Source of the DNA: an uncultured Catenibacterium sp.
GTDB taxonomy: Bacteria; Bacillota_I; Bacilli_A; Erysipelotrichales; Coprobacillaceae
Direction: 5' to 3' (one strand)
NCBI RefSeq assembly: GCF_900540685.1
Contig: NZ_UQGS01000001.1
DNA: 64,000 nucleotides
Shown here: one piece after another, positions 57,404 through 64,000 of the stretch
Layout: the number at the start of each line of letters is the position of its first letter
How positions within the stretch are numbered: position 1 is the first letter of the stretch
Program-made: the position numbers and the translations under genes
Notes under the pieces: model-generated
Databases searched by the model: none
What the model was told of the DNA's origin: nothing
What the model saw: only the letters and a program-made list of their open reading frames with translations

Positions 57404-59776
57404 CTATTCTCCTCCAAATACTTTATCCGCAAAACGCACTGTTTCCATTGCGTCTTTCGCATAACAATCTGCACCGATACGATCTGCATATTCCTGAGTC
57501 ATAACGGCTCCACCTACTACAGTTAATGTATCAGGTTTCTTTTCTTTTAATAGTTTAATCGTATCCTCCATGCTGACAACTGTTGTCGTCATTAATGCAC
57601 TAAGTCCTACGAGTTTCACATCTTCCTTAATGGCAGTATCCACAATCAGTTCAGGTGGGACATCTTTACCTAAATCAATGACATCATAGCCATAGTTTTC
57701 TAACATGACCTTCACAATATTCTTTCCAATATCATGAATATCACCTTTAACTGTCGCAATGATGATTTTTCCCTTCATTTCTCTTGGTTTACCTGCCATG
57801 GATTCCTTAATGACTGCAAAGGCTGCTTTAGCTGCTTCAGCACTCATTAACAGCTGTGGCAGGAAGATTGTACCTTTTTCAAAGCCTTTACCGACTTCAT
57901 CAAGAGCTGGAATCAATTCTTCATTGATGATTTCTAGTCCTTCTTTAGTCTCAAGCTGTTTCTTTGTCGCTTTACCTGCGTTTTCACTCATACCACGCTT
58001 GATACTTTCATATAAAGACATATCAACTGCTTCACTCTTCACAGGTGCTGGTGCACTATTTCCATAGGCACTAATATATTCTGTAAAGTTTGTATCAAGT
58101 CCACTTAAGGCAAGATAAGCACGATATGATTTCATCATTGCTTCTGATGAAGGATTGATGATCGCACAGCTAAGTCCTGACTGCATCGCCATAGTAAAGA
58201 AGTTCGCATTCACAATTGGTCTTTGTGGAAGACCAAAAGAGATATTAGAGACACCTAAAATAGAGTGTCCATGTAATTCATCTCTAATAATACGTAATGT
58301 TTCTAATGTCGCAATGGCTGAAGTAGGATCTGATGAAATAGTCATAGCCAATCCATCAATCACAATATCCTTTGGTTCAATACCATATTTACTTGCTTCA
58401 TTATAGATCTTCTTCGCAATACGAATACGATCTGCCGCATTATCAGGAATACCATCTTCATCTAAGGCAAGTCCTACGACGACACCACCATATTTCTTTA
58501 CTAATGGGAATACAGCATCCATGGATTCCTGTTTACCATTGACTGAGTTGATCATAGCCTTACCGTTATAATGTCTTAAGGCTGCTTCTAAGGCGATTGG
58601 GTCCGATGTATCAATCTGTAATGGCAATGCGATGACAGATTGTAACTTCTTCATTACTTCTACCATCATCTTAGGTTCATCTATTTCTGGTAAACCTACA
58701 TTGACATCTAGAATATGTGCTCCTGCATCTTCCTGTTTTAAACCTTCAGATAAGATATAGTTAATATCTCCATCACGTAAGGCTTGTTTGAATTTCTTCT
58801 TACCAGTTGGGTTAATACGTTCCCCAATAATCACTGGTTTAGGACCTATTTCTACAGCCTGTGAGAAAGAAGTCACTACAGAGATATTCTTCTTTACAGG
58901 TGGTTCAATAGGTAAATCTTTCACTAAGTTGATTGTCTTAGATAGATATTCTGGTGTTGTTCCACAACATCCTCCTAATACATGTACATTTAAAGAGGCA
59001 ATCTCTTTCATCTCTAACGCAAAGTCATCTGCGCTCATATCATAATAAGTATGACCTTCATCATCTGTCTGAGGTAAGCCGGCATTAGGTGTCACAATAA
59101 TTGGTGTAGAAGAGACTTTAATCATTCTTTCTACAAAAGGTTTGATTTGTGATGGACCTAATGAACAGTTAATACCCAATGCATCAATATGTAACCCTTC
59201 AAGTAAGGCAACGACTGATTCAGGTGTACCACCTGTCAACATCTTACCTTTTTCATCAAATACAACAGTGGCACATACAGGCAAGTGTGAATGTTCCTTA
59301 GCGGCTAGTACTGCAGCTTTTAATTCATAGCTATCCTGCATTGTTTCAATAAGGATCACATCTGCCCCTGCTTTAGTTCCGTATTCAATGACTTCTGCAT
59401 AAATATCCACTGCATCATCAAACGATAAATCTCCAAGTGGTTCTAAGAGTTTACCAGTAGGACCTAAATCAAGAGAAATAAGGGCATCTGTACGTCCTGT
59501 AAGTTCTCTTGCCTTCTTTGCATGTTCTACTGCTTTTGTAACTATTTCTTCTAGATTATCAGGATATTTCAATCTGTTGGCACCAAATGTATTGGTGTTG
59601 ATGATATCACATCCTGCTTCTAGATAACCTTTATTTAATTCTATAATCTTTTCTGGATGGTTGATATTCCATGTTTCAGGTAGTTCACCAGCCTGTAAGC
59701 CCCAGCTCTGAAGTACTGAACCAGTACCACCATCCCAGAATAACCATTCTTTTGTCAGTCTTTCTTTAAATCCCAT
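57404..59776 (-). CDS. metH: Cobalamin-dependent methionine synthase, short form lacking activation domain
   Basis: 790 aa with Hcy S-methyltransferase, pterin-binding and B12-binding domains. B12 site DxHxxG is GDIHDIGKNIV. No C-terminal AdoMet domain. Confidence 0.9.
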   Translation of the reverse strand: MGFKERLTKEWLFWDGGTGSVLQSWGLQAGELPETWNINHPEKIIELNKGYLEAGCDIINTNTFGANRLKYPDNLEEIVTKAVEHAKKARELTGRTDALISLDLGPTGKLLEPLGDLSFDDAVDIYAEVIEYGTKAGADVILIETMQDSYELKAAVLAAKEHSHLPVCATVVFDEKGKMLTGGTPESVVALLEGLHIDALGINCSLGPSQIKPFVERMIKVSSTPIIVTPNAGLPQTDDEGHTYYDMSADDFALEMKEIASLNVHVLGGCCGTTPEYLSKTINLVKDLPIEPPVKKNISVVTSFSQAVEIGPKPVIIGERINPTGKKKFKQALRDGDINYILSEGLKQEDAGAHILDVNVGLPEIDEPKMMVEVMKKLQSVIALPLQIDTSDPIALEAALRHYNGKAMINSVNGKQESMDAVFPLVKKYGGVVVGLALDEDGIPDNAADRIRIAKKIYNEASKYGIEPKDIVIDGLAMTISSDPTSAIATLETLRIIRDELHGHSILGVSNISFGLPQRPIVNANFFTMAMQSGLSCAIINPSSEAMMKSYRAYLALSGLDTNFTEYISAYGNSAPAPVKSEAVDMSLYESIKRGMSENAGKATKKQLETKEGLEIINEELIPALDEVGKGFEKGTIFLPQLLMSAEAAKAAFAVIKESMAGKPREMKGKIIIATVKGDIHDIGKNIVKVMLENYGYDVIDLGKDVPPELIVDTAIKEDVKLVGLSALMTTTVVSMEDTIKLLKEKKPDTLTVVGGAVMTQEYADRIGADCYAKDAMETVRFADKVFGGE

Positions 59777-60423
59777 TACTCTACCCTCCTGAATTCACAT
59801 TGTGCAGGACAATTGGCACAGTCTTTTGTATGACGAGGCTGTGCGTGATGTGTAATACCAATGATCGCCGTCACTGATTTGGATGGGACCATTAAGAGAC
59901 TTTCTAATAAACTAATACCAATCTTATCCATCTTTAATAAACGCATAAAATCCTTCTGATGATCTAATGCGAGATCTCCATAACCAGGCGAAAAGCGTGG
60001 CTTTAAGAATTCATTATTCTTATGTGCCTCCTGATTGAGTTCTTCATTCACTTCATCACAATAAGCCTCTATCATGGCAGCACCTGCTGCCTGATAGATC
60101 ACTGCATCACTCATCTTAGTGAGTTCTGAACGTTTAATGAGACGATCTACTTCTATTCCGATTGTAGCCGCAAAGAGATAAACAGCATGACATCCTTTTA
60201 AGTTATTCTCTAGATTACGACTATGAATAACCATATCACCAATAGTAATTGTATGATTCTCTATTGAAAGAGGGAATCTTTTGACTATATGACGTGGTAC
60301 AGCTGTTTTCTGTAATACTTCGATACAGTTATCTAATGCACTATTGATTTCAGTCAAATCACCTTCAATGGATTGACGGTATCCTAAATAACGTAAAGCT
60401 TCTTTACGATTGATTTCTATCAT
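59776..60423 (-). CDS. Stand-alone MetH reactivation (AdoMet-binding activation) domain protein
   Basis: 215 aa. PRFSPGYGDLALDHQK matches the RxxPGYxxxPEH signature of the MetH activation domain. Overlaps metF by 4 bp and abuts metH. Confidence 0.6.
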   Translation of the reverse strand: MIEINRKEALRYLGYRQSIEGDLTEINSALDNCIEVLQKTAVPRHIVKRFPLSIENHTITIGDMVIHSRNLENNLKGCHAVYLFAATIGIEVDRLIKRSELTKMSDAVIYQAAGAAMIEAYCDEVNEELNQEAHKNNEFLKPRFSPGYGDLALDHQKDFMRLLKMDKIGISLLESLLMVPSKSVTAIIGITHHAQPRHTKDCANCPAQCEFRRVE

Positions 60424-61283
60424 TTAAGAAGCTCCGATAAATTCTTCATAATACCTTCGGCTACATCTGGCTTATTCATAGTATAAACATGAATATGTTT
60501 TACACCATTCGCAATTAAATCAATAATCTGTTCAGATGCATAGACAATACCTACCTGTTTCATGATTTCTGGATTATCACCAAATGCATCCACCATCATC
60601 TTGAAACGATAAGGAATAATAGATGTACCTGACATCTGTACAGCACGGCTAACCTGTTTAGCGTTAGTAATAGGCATAATACCAGCGACTACAGGTACAT
60701 TAATACCAGCTTCCTTGATCTTATATAAGAAGTTATAGAAAACATTGTTGTCAAAGAACATCTGAGTTGTTAAGAAGTCTGCACCAGCTTCTACTTTCTC
60801 TTTTAAATGCTGGATATCTTCCTTAATACTAGGTGATTCTACATGTCCTTCTGGATAACATGCTGCCCCAATACAGAAATCACCTTTCTCTTTAAGTTCC
60901 TTGATTAACTGACAGGCATACTGGTAATCTTCTCCCACCTTACCATCTGCAGGAATATCTCCTCTTAATGCCATGATGTTTTCAATACCATTTTCTTTAA
61001 ACTGTTCGACCATATGCTCTACATGTTCTCTTGTAGAAGAAACACATGTCAAATGAGCCATGACTTCAACATCATATTTTTCATGGATATCTTTCGCAAG
61101 TGCAACAGTATGTGCACTTGTTCCTCCACCTGCACCATAAGTCACAGACATGAAACTTGGATTTAAAGACGCAATCTTTTCTGCAGCCTTTAAGACATTT
61201 TCATATTTACTGCTTGTCTTAGGTGGAAATACTTCAAAAGATAAAGTGACTTTATCTTCATTTAGTAAATCAATAATTTTCAT
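60420..61283 (-). CDS. metF: 5,10-methylenetetrahydrofolate reductase
   Basis: 287 aa TIM-barrel MTHFR sequence character. Confidence 0.85.
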   Translation of the reverse strand: MKIIDLLNEDKVTLSFEVFPPKTSSKYENVLKAAEKIASLNPSFMSVTYGAGGGTSAHTVALAKDIHEKYDVEVMAHLTCVSSTREHVEHMVEQFKENGIENIMALRGDIPADGKVGEDYQYACQLIKELKEKGDFCIGAACYPEGHVESPSIKEDIQHLKEKVEAGADFLTTQMFFDNNVFYNFLYKIKEAGINVPVVAGIMPITNAKQVSRAVQMSGTSIIPYRFKMMVDAFGDNPEIMKQVGIVYASEQIIDLIANGVKHIHVYTMNKPDVAEGIMKNLSELLK

Positions 61284-61319
61284 ACATACTTTTCCCCTTT
61301 TTCCTAATTCTACCTTATT

Positions 61320-64000
61320 TTATTTTGAAACACTAGTGTGTGTTTTATAATATTGTTTCAAAACTGAATCTAAGAACTCAGTAGAAGCGGATACATAGTA
61401 GGGTTCCATACCACTCACAATAGTTAATTTACCATCTGTGTATTTCATTTGTGGCTTCTTGAACATATGATTCACATACGCAAAGAACTTCTGTCCATCT
61501 AAGTCTTCTAAGAACACTTGAGAGAAACGTATTTCTAGTCCCTGACTTCCATCCTTTACATCATCAATAAGTGGATCATGTGAAAGGATATCAAATCTTC
61601 TTTTGACTACGATATTACGTACCTGTGATGGAAGAACACCATAGAGGTCTGTGAGTTCATGTTCTACACGTTTAAGTGTTTCTAGATCATTGGCTTTATA
61701 GACACGCTGATAAAGTTCTAGTTTTTCCATATCACTCTCTACATAATCTTCTGGAATATAACCATCTACAGGGACATTACGTGATGGGACAGTCTCATCT
61801 TCCTTGATCTTACCCTGCTTTTCATCAATCGCATCCTGTAAGATCTTCATATACATATCAAAACCGACCTGATCAATAAAGCCTGCCTGTTCACCACCAA
61901 GAATATCACCACTACCGCGAATAGAGAGGTCTCTCATCGCAATCTTATAACCAGAACCTAATTGTGTGAATTCTTTAATAGCTGTAAGTCGCTTTTGAGC
62001 TTCTTCTGTCATCGCACGATCTTTTGTATAAAGAAGATAAGCATACGCGATACGTTCACTTCTACCTACTCGACCCTTAATCTGATAAAGCTGTGCCAAA
62101 CCAAACTTATCCGCATTCTCAATAATAATTGTATTCGCATTAGGTATATCAATACCTGTTTCAATAATCGTTGTACATACTAATACATCATATTTCTTTT
62201 CCACAAAGTCAGTCATGACATCTTCTAGTTCTGTCTTATCCATCTTACCATGTCCTACCCCAATACGTGCATTAGGTAAAAGAGTCTGGAGAGTAGAAGC
62301 TGTTTCATAGATGTTTTCTGTTCTATTGTGTAAATAGAATACCTGACCATTACGTGATAATTCTCTTTCGATAACCTGTTTAATTAATGCCCAGCTCTTT
62401 TCTGAGACATATGTCTGTACAGGTAATCTATTTAATGGTGGTGTTTCTATTTGTGAGAGTCCTCTAATACCCATGATGGACATCTGTAATGTACGAGGAA
62501 TAGGTGTGGCAGTGAGAGTCAATACATCAATTGTTTTTCTAAGGTTCTTGATTTTCTCTTTCTGTCTTACACCAAAACGCTGTTCTTCATCGATACATAG
62601 TAATCCTAGATTCTTGAACTCAACATCCTTAGAAAGAATACGATGTGTACCGACTAATAAATCAATATTGCCTTCCTTTAAATCAGATAGAATCTGTTTC
62701 TTTTGTTTAGTCGTTGTAAAACGATTGAGTAACGCAATATTCACAGGGAACTTCTCAAAACGCTTCTGCATTGTACGATAGTGCTGAGATGAAAGGATAG
62801 TCGTAGGACATAAGAAAGCACATTGTTTCTTAGATACAATGGCTTTAAAGCAGGCTCTTAAAGCCACTTCTGTCTTACCAAAACCAACATCCCCACATAA
62901 TAATCTATCCATAGGACGAGGTGTTTCCATGTCCTTCTTGATTTCTTCTACAGCCTGTGCCTGGTCAGGAGTGAGTTCATAACCAAACTCACTTTCAAAC
63001 TCTAATTGAAGATCCCCATCAGGTTCAAACGCAAAACCTGGCTGTCTCATTCTTTCTGCATATAAGTTAATCAGATCATCCGCCAAACCATCTACCTTCT
63101 GTCTGACTCTTGCTTTTTCTTTAGCCCATTTAGGTGAACCTAAAGCGTGAATACGAGGTGGTTTACCATCTCTTGATGAATATTTTCTAATTAACTGGAA
63201 CTGTTCCACTGGAACATAGAGGATATCATTACCCTTATAGGCAATATGTAGATAATCCTTATGTACACCATCTACAACTAATGTTTCAATACCCATATAT
63301 TGTCCAATACCACTTGTATCATGAACAACATAGTCTCCTACCTTTAATTCATTGTAGTCAGAGATCTTAGTCGCATCTCTGTACTTAATATATTTCTTCT
63401 TAGTTTCCTGCACCTTGAAGAGTTCCTGACTTGTGAGTAATACAGTCTTCTCTTCCACAAAGTTCATTCCACAAGGTAAATGTCCTAGGAAGAGGTTTAC
63501 TCCATCATAGAGCTTATTTGTAGCACTTGTAAGAGTAAAAGGAATGGCATGATCAGTGAATAAGTTGACGAGTACATCTATCTGACGCTTTTCATCTACA
63601 CCAATCATGACACGATTGTATGTAAGTAAGTCCTTTAACTGACTGATGAAGACTTTTTCATTGGCCATAGAAATCATGACAGGCTGGGTCATAAACATGA
63701 TCTGCTTATCATTTTCTCTAAAACGGACAAAGTCTACATTCTGATGTTTAAGTATATCCTGAGGATTATTAATAAGCTTAAGTCCTCTGATCATCTGTCC
63801 TATTTCTTCTAGTTCATGATAATAGAGGTAATTCTCTTCCATATATGTCTTATAAGATGCAAGAATAGAAGCCAAAGATGCAGTAATAATAGTATAGTCA
63901 CTTGCATAATCCATAATTGTGGCAGTTTGAGGGAATAAACCTAAATACTGATAAATACGTGGATTATAGTCATGTGCTTTTAAAGATTCAATATCTAAGG
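61320..64000 (-). CDS. mfd: Transcription-repair coupling factor Mfd (C-terminal ~890 aa; N-terminus beyond the window)
   Basis: RecG-like SF2 helicase motifs (GDVGFGKTEVALRA, DEEQRFG, TATPIPRT), an upstream RNAP-interaction region, and a C-terminal TRCF domain. The frame remains open to the window edge. Confidence 0.9.
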   Translation of the reverse strand, partial: LDIESLKAHDYNPRIYQYLGLFPQTATIMDYASDYTIITASLASILASYKTYMEENYLYYHELEEIGQMIRGLKLINNPQDILKHQNVDFVRFRENDKQIMFMTQPVMISMANEKVFISQLKDLLTYNRVMIGVDEKRQIDVLVNLFTDHAIPFTLTSATNKLYDGVNLFLGHLPCGMNFVEEKTVLLTSQELFKVQETKKKYIKYRDATKISDYNELKVGDYVVHDTSGIGQYMGIETLVVDGVHKDYLHIAYKGNDILYVPVEQFQLIRKYSSRDGKPPRIHALGSPKWAKEKARVRQKVDGLADDLINLYAERMRQPGFAFEPDGDLQLEFESEFGYELTPDQAQAVEEIKKDMETPRPMDRLLCGDVGFGKTEVALRACFKAIVSKKQCAFLCPTTILSSQHYRTMQKRFEKFPVNIALLNRFTTTKQKKQILSDLKEGNIDLLVGTHRILSKDVEFKNLGLLCIDEEQRFGVRQKEKIKNLRKTIDVLTLTATPIPRTLQMSIMGIRGLSQIETPPLNRLPVQTYVSEKSWALIKQVIERELSRNGQVFYLHNRTENIYETASTLQTLLPNARIGVGHGKMDKTELEDVMTDFVEKKYDVLVCTTIIETGIDIPNANTIIIENADKFGLAQLYQIKGRVGRSERIAYAYLLYTKDRAMTEEAQKRLTAIKEFTQLGSGYKIAMRDLSIRGSGDILGGEQAGFIDQVGFDMYMKILQDAIDEKQGKIKEDETVPSRNVPVDGYIPEDYVESDMEKLELYQRVYKANDLETLKRVEHELTDLYGVLPSQVRNIVVKRRFDILSHDPLIDDVKDGSQGLEIRFSQVFLEDLDGQKFFAYVNHMFKKPQMKYTDGKLTIVSGMEPYYVSASTEFLDSVLKQYYKTHTSVSK

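Noticed and set aside
1-64000. tRNA/rRNA genes
   Set aside because: No GTTCGAATC/TTCGAATCC-type T-loop signatures or rRNA-like conserved blocks were noticed on either strand.

Overview
Low-GC (~33-35%) Bacillota-type chromosomal window. Its centre is a complete type III-A (Csm) CRISPR-Cas locus at ~16.4-27.0 kb, all on the minus strand: cas6-cas10-csm2-csm3-csm4-csm5-cas1-cas2-csm6. Two arrays bracket it and share a conserved ~190 bp leader. A third, leaderless orphan array (12.56-12.96 kb) is separated from it by an IS1595-like element and a lipoprotein gene, with an IS110-family element on its other side. Immediately upstream of the locus, co-directional with it, is a MerR regulator plus two large coiled-coil proteins with very long Gly/Ala-rich hydrophobic cores, of unknown function. 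A second accessory block at 44.0-50.0 kb holds two tandem paralogous HTH proteins and a four-gene minus-strand operon built around an HTH-WYL-WCX regulator with three unrecognisable proteins. The WYL operon is the best candidate here for an undescribed WYL-controlled (defence-type) system. The rest is housekeeping or metabolic: an oppA-like solute-binding protein, a MATE exporter, a murR-murQ-kinase-ogt cluster, an rpiB-like isomerase flanked by degraded murR 5' copies, a P-type ATPase, an EamA transporter, transketolase, an M20 amidohydrolase and an RpiR regulator. There is also an Amt-PII fusion, DegV, YigZ, MntP, a B12 module (ECF S component, DUF4430 protein, a cell-wall-anchored alpha-toroid protein, a split MetH and its activation subunit, metF) and the 3' part of mfd. 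Several rearrangement scars are visible: a MATE C-terminal fragment, a rhomboid fragment and the rpiR/murR 5' fragments. No tRNA, rRNA or riboswitch was recognised by eye.
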